Positions 37,332-46,670 of a stretch of 64,000 nucleotides of DNA are shown piece after piece (positions within the stretch are counted from its first letter, which is position 1; every line of letters begins with the position of its first letter). The position numbers and the translations under genes are program-made. The DNA lies in NCBI GenBank assembly GCA_963813065.1, contig CAWEXP010000006.1:55779-119778 (forward strand), read 5' to 3'. The stretch comes from Candidatus Kaiserbacteria bacterium. GTDB lineage: Bacteria; Patescibacteriota; Minisyncoccia; Phycocordibacterales; Phycocordibacteraceae. The notes below the pieces were generated by a model that was not told the DNA's origin, searched no databases, and saw only the letters and a program-made list of their open reading frames with translations.

Positions 37332-38632
37332 GACGTTTCAATTTCAGCACCGAGAGACTTGAGGCGCGTGACGATATCCTCATAGCCGCGGGAGATCGAG
37401 TAGACGTTGCGGAGGGTTGAGCGACCGGCGCTGCCGAGCATGGCGACGAGGATGATGGTCGCGGGGCGCAGTGCGGGCGGGCAGACGACCTCGGCCGCCT
37501 TGAGCCGCACGGGGCCGGGGATCGAGATGCGATGCGGATCGTGGAGCACGGTCTGCGCGCCGAGTCGATCGAGCTCGGTGTAATAGATCGCGCGCTTCTC
37601 GTAGACCCAGTCGTGGATAAGGGTTGTGCCCTTGGCCACGAGCGCAATGGCGGCGAAGAAGGGGAGATTGTCGATGTTGAGACCCGGATAGGGGCGGGCA
37701 TGAATTTTTTCGGGGAAGGCAGTCAGGCTCGACGGCTTCAGGTGCAGGTCGATGATCTTGGTAATGCCATTCTCTGAGACGCGTGGATTCTTGAGCGAGT
37801 ATTTCAATCCCATTTTCTCGAGAATAAAAAGTTCGGTCTCGAGGAACTCGATGGGCGCACTGCGAATGACGAGCGCTGACTTCGTCACGATGGCCGCAGA
37901 GATGAAGAACATCGCGTCGGTCGGATCTTCGGCGACGGTGTATGAAATATCTTTTTTAATCTCTCGAATGCCGCGCACCGTGAGTGTCGTCGAGCCGGTG
38001 CCCTCAATCTCGACGCCGAGCGCTTGCAAGAATCCGCAGACTTCCTGCACCTGATAATTCGCCGAGGCGTACTTGATGATGCTCGTGCCGGGAATCTTCG
38101 CGGCGGCGAAGAGGGCATTAATGGTCGCGGTGTCGCTCGATTCGTAGAGAGTCACTTCGGCCGGGTGCAGAGTCGTATGCGTAATACGGTAGCGGTCACG
38201 GAGTGCGCTGATGGCAATGCCGAACTTCTCGAGCGCGTAGAGATGCGGCCGCGCCGAACGGAGGCCCAAGGTACAACCGCCCGATTGCGGCAACTCGAAT
38301 TTTTTGAAACGGTGCACCAAGGGGCCGATGAACATCAAAATACTGCGCGTCTTGGTCGCGGCGACCTTATCAATTTTATCGAGGTTTAACCTCGATGAGG
38401 GGGCAACGATGAGGCTCGAACCGTTCCATTCCACCGAGACACCAATCGACCGCAGGACTTCGACGAGTCGGTGCACCTCCTCGATCTTCGGCACGCGCTC
38501 GAGGGTCGTGACACCATCGTTCAGTAGCGAAGCGGCGAGGAGTGCGACCGCGCCGTTCTTCGAGCGCGAGGTGATGACTTCGCCTCTCAGTTTCTTGCCG
38601 CCCTCAATCACGAAATTCATGCCGTCGGCCAT
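37328..38632 (-). CDS. murA: UDP-N-acetylglucosamine 1-carboxyvinyltransferase
   Basis: EPSP-synthase fold pattern: KLRGEVITSRSKNGAVALLAASLL..., active-site region RSARPHLYALEKFG (catalytic Cys replaced). Confidence 0.8.
   Translation of the reverse strand: MADGMNFVIEGGKKLRGEVITSRSKNGAVALLAASLLNDGVTTLERVPKIEEVHRLVEVLRSIGVSVEWNGSSLIVAPSSRLNLDKIDKVAATKTRSILMFIGPLVHRFKKFELPQSGGCTLGLRSARPHLYALEKFGIAISALRDRYRITHTTLHPAEVTLYESSDTATINALFAAAKIPGTSIIKYASANYQVQEVCGFLQALGVEIEGTGSTTLTVRGIREIKKDISYTVAEDPTDAMFFISAAIVTKSALVIRSAPIEFLETELFILEKMGLKYSLKNPRVSENGITKIIDLHLKPSSLTAFPEKIHARPYPGLNIDNLPFFAAIALVAKGTTLIHDWVYEKRAIYYTELDRLGAQTVLHDPHRISIPGPVRLKAAEVVCPPALRPATIILVAMLGSAGRSTLRNVYSISRGYEDIVTRLKSLGAEIETS
38378..38396. 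repeat. REP palindrome ATCGAGGTTTAACCTCGAT within the murA coding sequence
   Basis: 19-bp perfect palindrome identical to the core of the RAYT-flanking REPs; encodes SSRLNLDKI in frame. Confidence 0.6.
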
Positions 38633-38634
38633 AG

Positions 38635-39255
38635 TCAGGGGAGGAGATCGAAGAGGCGCTCGAGGAAGGTGCGACGCAGAGCCATCACCGTCGGCTGATC
38701 ATGCGCGTAGGTGGCGATCATGTCCTGGTGCTGTTGGGCGCGGAATGCGCGCAGAGATTCGACCGTGAACGTGCCATGCTCGGTCTCGGCCTGGCCATTG
38801 AGGAGGCGGGTGATGTGCGGCATCGACTTGTCGAGCGTTTTGATAAATCGTGCTTCTGGTGTCGTTAACGATTCGTAGGCCGCAATGGTCTCGGGTATCC
38901 AGGGCAGAGTCGCACCGAACTCGTCGCGGATGCGCACGAAGGCCGCGTGCTCGCGCCGCATTTTCTCCTCTTTGTCTTCGACCGACATCGGCTTGAGCGT
39001 ATTCGTGTCGCCCGCGTAGACCTCGACCAAGTCGTGCACGAGGGCAAATTGCGCGACTTTCCCCAGATCCAGCTCGGGCGCCTCGCGCGCGGCGAAGGCG
39101 CAGGCGATGAGTGCGAGCATGACGGTGTGATCGGTGTCGGATTCGAAGGTCTCGCCGTCTTCGTGGTAGGTGGCGCGATTCGTCCGCCCGAATTGGAGCG
39201 CCAATCGCCCGAGTCGTACGACCGCATCCGCAACTTCCTCCATTCGTTCCTGCAT
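38635..39255 (-). CDS. HD-domain phosphohydrolase (YfbR-like)
   Basis: HD motif ...SDTDHT...VHDLVEVYAGD... Confidence 0.65.
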   Translation of the reverse strand: MQERMEEVADAVVRLGRLALQFGRTNRATYHEDGETFESDTDHTVMLALIACAFAAREAPELDLGKVAQFALVHDLVEVYAGDTNTLKPMSVEDKEEKMRREHAAFVRIRDEFGATLPWIPETIAAYESLTTPEARFIKTLDKSMPHITRLLNGQAETEHGTFTVESLRAFRAQQHQDMIATYAHDQPTVMALRRTFLERLFDLLP

Positions 39256-39330
39256 AGGCGTATTGTATGCCGGTCCGCGAACTTCTCCAACGGGTATAAA
39301 AAAGCCGGCCTCGTGAAGAGGCCGGTTCTG

Positions 39331-39630
39331 TTAGAAGGTGTTGCACTGGGGAATGAGATGGCAAGTCTGGTGTGCCCAGCCCGCCAGCTGACACAGCCAG
39401 TAGTAGAGCAATTCATAGCTCATGATCGCGAGGACAGAGCCCAGCAAGGCGAAACCGAGCCATCGCGGAGTTTTCTTGTCCGAGGTGTCGTTGGGTGCGA
39501 TGTTGCAGACGAACGTGATGATCAACACCACGCAGGGTGCGAGCGCGACAAAGAAATTGTACACAACACCCAGAGTCGCGGTGGCCGCGTAGGCGATGAG
39601 TGCGAGTAGCACATAGGAAAAAGTGCGCAT
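39331..39630 (-). CDS. Small integral membrane protein
   Basis: Three predicted TM helices; no domain recognised. Confidence 0.35.
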   Translation of the reverse strand: MRTFSYVLLALIAYAATATLGVVYNFFVALAPCVVLIITFVCNIAPNDTSDKKTPRWLGFALLGSVLAIMSYELLYYWLCQLAGWAHQTCHLIPQCNTF

Positions 39631-39725
39631 GCGAGTCTCCTTCAGATCGCAGATTGTTCCGGAAATATCATACCGCATATTTAATTATTTTGCAAGTGCC
39701 ACGGGAAGCGGTATGATACGGGCAA

Positions 39726-40757
39726 ATGTCATTCTTTTCTCCCAAACTCGGTATCGATCTCGGGACGACCAACGTGCTGGTCTTCGTGCCGGGCAAGGGC
39801 GTCATCATCAATGAGCCCTCGGTCGTCGCGGTGGGGAAGAACGAGGGCCCGCGCGGCGGGAAGAATAAGATTCTGGCGATTGGCATCGAGGCCAAGAAGA
39901 TGATTGGTCGCACGCCCGACGACATCATCGCCTATCAGCCGATGAAGGACGGCGTCATCGCTGACTACCGAATCACGGAGGTGATGTTGCGCTATTTCAT
40001 CCGCAAGGCGCTCGGCCGCTGGAACCCGTTCAAGCCGACGGTGCTGGTGTCGGTGCCCGCAGGCGTCACCTCGACCGAGAAGCGCGCGGTCATCGAGGCG
40101 GCGATGAAGGCGGGCGCGAAAAACGCGTTCGTGGTCAAGGAGCCGATTCTCGCCGCGATTGGTGCGGGCATCCCCATTCACGAGCCGATGGGCCGAATGG
40201 TCGCCGATATTGGTGGCGGTACCATCGACGTCGCCGTGATCTCGCTCGGCGGCATCGTCGCCTCGACCTCGGTCAAGTGCGCAGGTAATCGCCTCGACCG
40301 CGCGATTGTCGATTATATTAAGAAACAGCACAACCTCTCGATTGGCGACAAGACCGCCGAAGAAGTGAAAATAAAAATTGGCGCCGCAGTGCCGATTAAC
40401 GAAGAGCTCGCTCTGCCGATCAAAGGCCGCGACCTGGTCTCTGGCCTGCCGCGCACCATCGAACTCTCGACCAATGAAGTCGCGGGCGCGATGGCGCGTG
40501 AGCTCCGCGAGATGACGCAAGCAATCCGTAAGGTCTTGCAGGAGACGCCGCCCGAGCTCGCTTCGGACATTATCGACAATGGCATCATCCTCACCGGCGG
40601 CTCGAGCCAGCTCCGCCAGATGACCGAGCTCGTGTATCGCCGCACGGGCGTCGTCGCCAAGCTCGCGACCGATCCCTACTACTGCGTCGCGCGCGGCACT
40701 GGCATCGCGCTGAAACATTTGCATACGTATCAGAAAAGTATTTTAGCGAAGCAATAA
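39726..40757 (+). CDS. mreB: Rod shape-determining protein MreB (actin-like), copy 1
   Basis: LGIDLGTTNVLVFV phosphate-1 motif and MreB-wide similarity. Confidence 0.85.
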   Translation: MSFFSPKLGIDLGTTNVLVFVPGKGVIINEPSVVAVGKNEGPRGGKNKILAIGIEAKKMIGRTPDDIIAYQPMKDGVIADYRITEVMLRYFIRKALGRWNPFKPTVLVSVPAGVTSTEKRAVIEAAMKAGAKNAFVVKEPILAAIGAGIPIHEPMGRMVADIGGGTIDVAVISLGGIVASTSVKCAGNRLDRAIVDYIKKQHNLSIGDKTAEEVKIKIGAAVPINEELALPIKGRDLVSGLPRTIELSTNEVAGAMARELREMTQAIRKVLQETPPELASDIIDNGIILTGGSSQLRQMTELVYRRTGVVAKLATDPYYCVARGTGIALKHLHTYQKSILAKQ

Positions 40758-40801
40758 CGCATCGTTACAAAAGAAAACCCGCGGCGAGTACGCCGCGGGG
40801 A

Positions 40802-41227
40802 CTAGAAAGGAATCTTGATACCAATCACGAGTGCGCTCGTGTGGCCCAGCTTGTTCTCGCCGATGAGTGGCTCGAATTGCACACCACTCACGACCCAGCG
40901 ATACGTCAGCGCATCGTAGAAGGCGTGGAACCGGCCGCTCTCAAAAGAAAGTAGAAGGTCGCGTTCGATCGGCATGCCACTCAAGTACGCATACTTTTTC
41001 TCGAGCGTACCGATGCGCCACGGCTTCTTCGCATCATAGGCCGGTGTTGACGGTTCTTGCCACGGACGATCGCGGAATTCCTTCCACGAGGGCGGCGGAA
41101 TCACGAGGTTTATCTTGTTTAAGTCAGACTTGAACAGAGTAGCGCTATGCGCACACTCGGTCGACATCGCCAGTGCGGCAATCAAGATTACAAAAAACAA
41201 AAGAGCGAGACTCAACCAGCGCTTCAT
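40802..41227 (-). CDS. Secreted hypothetical protein
   Basis: Signal-like MKRWLSLALLFFVILIAALA. Confidence 0.4.
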   Translation of the reverse strand: MKRWLSLALLFFVILIAALAMSTECAHSATLFKSDLNKINLVIPPPSWKEFRDRPWQEPSTPAYDAKKPWRIGTLEKKYAYLSGMPIERDLLLSFESGRFHAFYDALTYRWVVSGVQFEPLIGENKLGHTSALVIGIKIPF

Positions 41228-41319
41228 CGGCGCCTCCTGGAACGTTTCTGCGCGAAAGTGTAGCACGGTATAAAAAGGGCGCCCGGTGAGGGGCGCCCAA
41301 GATTTTCGCACCAACTGTT

Positions 41320-42162
41320 TTAGCCGAAGATGTGCCCAAGAGCATACGAGAACTTGAGCATCCACACATCATCGAGATGATGTTTGAAGTACAGAGCCTG
41401 TCCGGTAACGTTTATCGTGAACCAATCCGTCGGATGATAGGTGAGTCCGCCCATGCCGATGGTCGAGTTCGAGCTGTTGCCCGTGAGGCTCACCGCCTGT
41501 GCCACTAAGAGATTGGCATCGACGCTGTCGGACCTGCCGAAAAGGCGATTGAGTGCCTTGAAGTCTGCCGACACGCCGAGACTGCTGGTGACGTAGGTAT
41601 CGTATTCGTTGATGCCTTCGAAGGCCTCAACTTTACCGGTGATACCGAAGGTCACCTTCCCATCCTTGAACGGACGTGTCGCGGCGAAGGACTGATAGAG
41701 TCCATCGTCTTTCAACGTCGCAAGGAAGTCTCGATCGTGGAAAGAAAGAAACCAATACGAGGCGGTTGCTTCGTAGTCGATCGGCCCGACGAAGGTCGAT
41801 GTTGAGCCGTCGCCGCCGATCGTCACGTCTGCTTCCTTGGCAGTTTCGAGATCGTTGCGGTGGTTACGGAACGAGTTCCACCAATCGCCCCAGACGTTAT
41901 CGAACAAGGGAGCGAACCAGGACGGATGGTCCCAATTCAGTGTGAACCCAGCGTTCGTTGTCGGTCCACGGGACGCCTGCATGCCGAAGTACGCGGCGAT
42001 GTATTTCGTCCGCTCACCGCCGTAGACGCTTACATCGGGCCCAGAGTCGACGGTAGTTACCATTGGATCTGTGCCGAGGCCCGCAATCGCAAACGACGGG
42101 GTCGTCGCCAATGCCAGCGCGAAGCCAGCAAGCATAATGGAAGTGAAAAGACCGTTGCGCAT
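41320..42162 (-). CDS. Secreted hypothetical protein (beta-rich; ends ...GHIFG)
   Basis: Signal peptide MRNGLFTSIMLAGFALALATTPSFA; alternating hydrophobic pattern. Confidence 0.4.
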   Translation of the reverse strand: MRNGLFTSIMLAGFALALATTPSFAIAGLGTDPMVTTVDSGPDVSVYGGERTKYIAAYFGMQASRGPTTNAGFTLNWDHPSWFAPLFDNVWGDWWNSFRNHRNDLETAKEADVTIGGDGSTSTFVGPIDYEATASYWFLSFHDRDFLATLKDDGLYQSFAATRPFKDGKVTFGITGKVEAFEGINEYDTYVTSSLGVSADFKALNRLFGRSDSVDANLLVAQAVSLTGNSSNSTIGMGGLTYHPTDWFTINVTGQALYFKHHLDDVWMLKFSYALGHIFG

Positions 42163-42289
42163 GTGAATCCTCCAGATTCTGCCGGCAGAGTGCCAGCGTG
42201 AGCGCAATTCAACTGCACATATTATATACACAATTGACAACGTTTGTCAATCTCCGTAAAACAGCGTAGCTAGGCGCTATACTCACTCA

Positions 42290-43030
42290 ATGCACCACGC
42301 TTTTTTCATCGAGGCGGAAGCGGAAGCGGGAACGGCACTCGCGCTCGAGAGTATCGAGCGCGAGTTGGGGATGAAGGCGGCGGGGAATCCAGACGTCGTC
42401 GTTTTGAAATATGGATTGCTCTCGGTTGAGGATACGCGACGAATTATTGAAATAGCTTCAACGAAAGCATTTGGGAAGGCTAAAACTTCCTCTGAAGGAC
42501 GTTCGCCCGACGCTTCGGGAGAAGCGTCTAGGGCGATTGTTATCGCGGCGAGTCGCGCGTATCACGAGGCGCAGAACGCACTCCTGAAAATATTCGAGGA
42601 GCCCGCGCCCGGCACACACCTATTTCTCATTCTCCCCTCAGCGGGGATGCTCTTGCCGACGCTGAAATCTCGAATGCAAATTGTGGACACGCCGTGTCCT
42701 AAATCAGATTTAGGACACGCCGTGTCCAACTTGCCGGAAGCGGCGCAAAAGTTCCTCGCGGCGACGAGCGAGAAGCGCACGGCAATTGCGAAGAAGCTCG
42801 CAACGGGCGATGACGAAGACGATCGACGTGCCAATCGTGACGAGGCGCTCGCGATTGTGAATGGCATTGAGCTCGCGGCATACCGCGCATCGAAGAAACA
42901 GCCGGACCCAGCACTCTTCGCGCTCCTCTCCGACCTCGCAATCCTGCGCACGTATCTCCACGAACGCTCGGCGCCGGTCCGTATGATTCTCGAGCACGTC
43001 GCGCTCGTGATTCCAAAAAGCTTGAAATGA
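42290..43030 (+). CDS. holB: DNA polymerase III delta' subunit
   Basis: AAA+ clamp-loader pattern ALLKIFEEPAPGTHLFLI...LPTLKSRMQ. Confidence 0.65.
   Translation: MHHAFFIEAEAEAGTALALESIERELGMKAAGNPDVVVLKYGLLSVEDTRRIIEIASTKAFGKAKTSSEGRSPDASGEASRAIVIAASRAYHEAQNALLKIFEEPAPGTHLFLILPSAGMLLPTLKSRMQIVDTPCPKSDLGHAVSNLPEAAQKFLAATSEKRTAIAKKLATGDDEDDRRANRDEALAIVNGIELAAYRASKKQPDPALFALLSDLAILRTYLHERSAPVRMILEHVALVIPKSLK
42685..42727. repeat. 43-bp perfect palindrome inside holB (GGACACGCCGTGTCC-TAAATCAGATTTA-GGACACGCCGTGTCC)
   Basis: Two copies of a 15-bp self-palindrome flank a 13-bp palindromic spacer; read in frame as DTPCPKSDLGHAVSN. Shares the CCTAAA(T)CAG core with the miaA element. Confidence 0.65.
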
Positions 43031-43042
43031 TATACTGGGCGC

Positions 43043-43594
43043 ATGGCATACGATTTTTCACCACTGAAGACACAGATTAAAGAGACCGAAGAGTGGCTCG
43101 GGCGCGAGCTCTCGGGCATCCGTACGGGCCGCGCAACGCCCCTGCTTCTCGACGGCGTGAAGCCCGAGGCCTATGGCGCCCGTACACCGTTGAACCAGCT
43201 CGCGGCCGTCTCGGTCGAGGATGCGCGCACGCTTCGCATCGTCCCGTGGGATTCCTCGCTGACGAAAGCAATCGAGAAGGCGATTATCGAGGCCGATCTC
43301 GGCATCTCGCCCTCGGTCGACGACCAGGGCCTGCGCATCTCCTTCCCCGAGCTCACCAGCGATCGTCGCACACAATTGAAAAAACTCGCGGGAGAAAAAG
43401 CCGAGCACGCGAAAGTGACGCTCCGTTCACATCGCACCGACGCCATCCACGCGCTCGAAGAAGTCGAGAGCGAGGGCGGCATGGGCGAGGATGAGGCGAA
43501 GCGGCTCAAAGTCGAAATCCAAAAACTCATCGACGCATCCACCGCCAACCTCGCGAAGCTCGTCGAGAAAAAAGAAGTAGAGATTTCGCAATAA
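43043..43594 (+). CDS. frr: Ribosome recycling factor
   Basis: RRF-wide similarity (LDGV...RIVPWDSS...KAIIEADLGISP...). Confidence 0.85.
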   Translation: MAYDFSPLKTQIKETEEWLGRELSGIRTGRATPLLLDGVKPEAYGARTPLNQLAAVSVEDARTLRIVPWDSSLTKAIEKAIIEADLGISPSVDDQGLRISFPELTSDRRTQLKKLAGEKAEHAKVTLRSHRTDAIHALEEVESEGGMGEDEAKRLKVEIQKLIDASTANLAKLVEKKEVEISQ

Positions 43595-43643
43595 CAATGA
43601 CGGATAACTTGCATTTAAAACCTAACTGGTATACTCCCTATAT

Positions 43644-43907
43644 ATGGCCACAGAAGAATCTACCAAAGTAGTTAGAGCCGCATACGAGTATCTCCTGCAA
43701 GTTCTTGTAGCGGGCGGCACATCTCTTGACAAAGTTTCTGACTTTCGTGTGGAAGAATTGACGCAAAATAAAAGTACGAAGGCCTATCAAGTCACTTTGA
43801 GTTACGAAGTGACCGGTCAATTCCAATTTGACAAAAAAAGAGAGCTTAAAGATTTTGATGTTACCCCAGCTGGCAAGGTGCTAGCTATGCGCATACGTAA
43901 GCAGTAA
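43644..43907 (+). CDS. Hypothetical small protein (possible partner of the PIN-like protein)
   Basis: 87-aa ORF in an AT-rich patch; stop 3 nt before the next start. Confidence 0.35.
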   Translation: MATEESTKVVRAAYEYLLQVLVAGGTSLDKVSDFRVEELTQNKSTKAYQVTLSYEVTGQFQFDKKRELKDFDVTPAGKVLAMRIRKQ

Positions 43908-43909
43908 AT

Positions 43910-44452
43910 GTGGCAAGTGGCTTAAACAGTTTGGAAGCGATAGAAACATATCGTCTCGCCAGAAGACCCGATGGGATAATTGTAGACACGGACGTTTTGC
44001 ATCTTCTGCTGGTCGGTCTTTTCGATCCAAAGGAAATAGAATCATGTAGCCTGCTGCAGGACGGCGGGAAAAACTTCAAGGAAGAAGATTTCAAACTAGC
44101 GTTAGATATAGTATCTCGATTTAAGAAGGTTGTTATAACCCCTCACATTTTGGCTGAGTTATCGAACCAATCTAAGCAAGCATTTCATGGAGCAAAATTT
44201 GAATTATATTTTCAATCACTGATTGGCTATCTCAAAAATACTGAGGAAGATCACGTGACCTTAGATTCTTTGCTGCAAATTGATTTGAAAATAATCGAGA
44301 GATATGGGTTTACCGATTCGGCCATATTTGAACTAGCAAGAACAACAGGAATGCCCATATTTACTGATGATACGAAGCTACATATTTTCCTTGAAAATCA
44401 TGTGCCGATAATTAAATTCGGACATCTACGATATTTGGGTCTTTTAAAATAA
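43910..44452 (+). CDS. PIN-domain-like protein (VapC-like candidate)
   Basis: Acidic residues arranged as in PIN (IVDTDVL..., ...HILAELS..., ...FTDSAIFE..., ...IFTDD). AT-rich. Confidence 0.4.
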   Translation: MASGLNSLEAIETYRLARRPDGIIVDTDVLHLLLVGLFDPKEIESCSLLQDGGKNFKEEDFKLALDIVSRFKKVVITPHILAELSNQSKQAFHGAKFELYFQSLIGYLKNTEEDHVTLDSLLQIDLKIIERYGFTDSAIFELARTTGMPIFTDDTKLHIFLENHVPIIKFGHLRYLGLLK

Positions 44453-44454
44453 AA

Positions 44455-44497
44455 GGGCTTTGAATTTTTAAGAAAAGCCCCTCGCGAGAGGGGGCTT
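44455..44497. terminator. Bidirectional intrinsic terminator between convergent genes
   Basis: Overlapping hairpins GGGCTTT...AAAGCCC and AAGCCCCTCgcgaGAGGGGGCTT with flanking A/T runs. Confidence 0.6.
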
Positions 44498-44501
44498 GGT
44501 G

Positions 44502-44900
44502 TTAGAGGGCATTCACTTTCTTGAGTTCGGCAGCGATGCGGTGGAATTTCTTGGAAAATTCTCGAGCGACGAGTTTGTCGCCGTGCCCGATGTCGCTCTT
44601 GCGACTGGCAAGTTTGTCGAATGCCTCTGCCTGCTTTTCGAGTGTGGCGATGAAATCCGATAGCTTCACGACCGGTGGTTTGGGCGGGGCGATTTGGTCC
44701 TTCGGGATTTTTTCCCAATCCTGATAAGAATCGGATATACCGAAACCCTTTTCCTTCCTTGCGCACGTGCCGCAGAAAGGGTGGTCGCCGGAGAATTGTG
44801 TGTGGCGAATCCATCGTGCAGGCTTGTCGCAGTGATATCCTCCGCCGCAACAATACAAAGGTTCAGTTGGCTTCGCACGCATTACTTTCTTCTTCGACAT
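44502..44900 (-). CDS. Zn-ribbon-containing hypothetical protein
   Basis: CCGGGYHC...CGTC cysteine pairs; start placed at MSKKKVMRAK. Confidence 0.4.
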   Translation of the reverse strand: MSKKKVMRAKPTEPLYCCGGGYHCDKPARWIRHTQFSGDHPFCGTCARKEKGFGISDSYQDWEKIPKDQIAPPKPPVVKLSDFIATLEKQAEAFDKLASRKSDIGHGDKLVAREFSKKFHRIAAELKKVNAL

Positions 44901-44968
44901 GAGTGGCTCCTTTCGCCAGTTCCGCGGTGAATCTAGCATATCGAGCGATTTTGTAAAAGCATAGTAGA

Positions 44969-46072
44969 ATGGCGACAATGGAAGTCGTCATTTTTATTCT
45001 CGTTATCGTCGCGCTGATTGTGGTCCACGAGTTTGGACATTTCGTCGTGGCGAAGATTTGCGGCATGCGCGTCGACGAGTTCGGTCTCGGGTATCCACCG
45101 CGCGCACTCACCATTGCGAAAGTGGGCGAGACCGAGTACACGCTCAATTGGTTGCCCTTCGGCGGTTTCGTGAAGATTTATGGAGAAGAAATAGATGCGA
45201 AAGAAATGGATGCGCGCGCGTTCAATAAGAAAAACAGATTCTTGCAAGCGCTGGTGCTCGTCGCGGGCATCGCGATGAATCTTATTTTTGCGTACGTTCT
45301 TATTACTAGTGCGCTTATCACCGGCACGCCGCGCGCCCTCACCGCGCCCGAGATCGCGCACGCGACCGGTCTCCAGCTCGCCATCGCGGATGTCGTGCCG
45401 AGCTCGCCTGCCGCGCGTGCGGGTATCTTGCCCGGCGATTCCATCCTCTCGGCCAAGGATACGGTTGGGGAGTGGCGCGCAAGTGACCCCGAGAGCTTCA
45501 CCGCGTTTATTGCGGCAAGTGGTGGGAGCGCCGTCAGTCTCACGCTCCTTCATAATGGCGCCGACGAAACAGTCACCGCAGAGCCGCAAGCGGGTGTCGT
45601 CCCGGGTGATCCCGCGCGCTACGCGCTCGGCGTCGAGGTCGCGACGATTGGCGTCGTGCCTGTCTCCTTTGTCAGCGCGCTCGGGCAGGGCGCCGAGCTG
45701 ACGTGGGAAATTACCAAGATGACCGCGCTCGGGCTCCTACACTTCTTCGCGAGCCTCTTCACCTTCTCGGCCGATCTCTCGCAGGTCGCGGGGCCCATCG
45801 GCATCGCGGGCGCGGTTGGCGGCGCGGCGGCGAGCGGGCTCGGCAATCTCCTCTCGCTTATCGCGGTCATTTCTATCAATCTCGCGCTCATCAATTTGAT
45901 TCCCATTCCTGCGCTCGACGGCGGCCGCCTCTTCTTTGTGATTATCGAATCAATTATCCGTCGGCCTATCCCCGCGCGTGCGGCGCAGGCGGTGAACACC
46001 GTCGGCTTCGCGCTCCTGGTCCTCCTCATGGTCGTGGTTTCGCTTCACGATATTTATAAAATCGTCGGTTGA
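44969..46072 (+). CDS. rseP: RIP metalloprotease RseP (site-2 protease)
   Basis: HEFGHFVVA zinc motif, PDZ domain, LDGG motif near the C-terminus. Confidence 0.8.
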   Translation: MATMEVVIFILVIVALIVVHEFGHFVVAKICGMRVDEFGLGYPPRALTIAKVGETEYTLNWLPFGGFVKIYGEEIDAKEMDARAFNKKNRFLQALVLVAGIAMNLIFAYVLITSALITGTPRALTAPEIAHATGLQLAIADVVPSSPAARAGILPGDSILSAKDTVGEWRASDPESFTAFIAASGGSAVSLTLLHNGADETVTAEPQAGVVPGDPARYALGVEVATIGVVPVSFVSALGQGAELTWEITKMTALGLLHFFASLFTFSADLSQVAGPIGIAGAVGGAAASGLGNLLSLIAVISINLALINLIPIPALDGGRLFFVIIESIIRRPIPARAAQAVNTVGFALLVLLMVVVSLHDIYKIVG

Positions 46073-46144
46073 GTCATCAATGTCAAGATGTTATCTTGAC
46101 ATGGCCCATTGCATTTTTCCAAAACAAGCGTATTGTAATCGTAG

Positions 46145-46600
46145 TTGCAGATCTTGCAGGAGAGCAAGCAGATGAATAAGCGTGAGACCACCAATCACTA
46201 CTTCAAGGACGACCACGACCGCATCATCAGCGTAATCGTCGACGACTTCAATGATGGTAGGCCGCCGCGCGTCGACGCCATGTTGCTCGGTATGCCAGAC
46301 GCAGGCGGGAAGTGGCGATTCTTCAAACTGCCACCCGTCGAACGACCGCAACAGGTTGCGTGGAATGAAGGGCGACTCGAAGATCTTGAGCAGAAAGCGA
46401 AGTATTGCCCGCTCAATGCTGAGTGGGGCGACGCGACAACGTCTTCGACGGTCGAAGTTGAAGCTGAAGTCGGCAATCTGTATAAGATTTTCGGCCAACG
46501 AAACGAAAGCGCGGGTGGTCATATGTACTGGGAATTCTTGATGGACCGCATTCGCAAATTACACCGCATGCTCACCAACGTTCTCGTTTCCGGCTCATAG
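46145..46600 (+). CDS. Hypothetical protein
   Basis: 151-aa ORF. Confidence 0.35.
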   Translation: MQILQESKQMNKRETTNHYFKDDHDRIISVIVDDFNDGRPPRVDAMLLGMPDAGGKWRFFKLPPVERPQQVAWNEGRLEDLEQKAKYCPLNAEWGDATTSSTVEVEAEVGNLYKIFGQRNESAGGHMYWEFLMDRIRKLHRMLTNVLVSGS

Positions 46601-46670
46601 CCGACACGGCCCCTCGGGGCCGTTTTCTTTACACTTTGCCCTTTGTTCGCTCCAGCTCTATACTAGCGAC

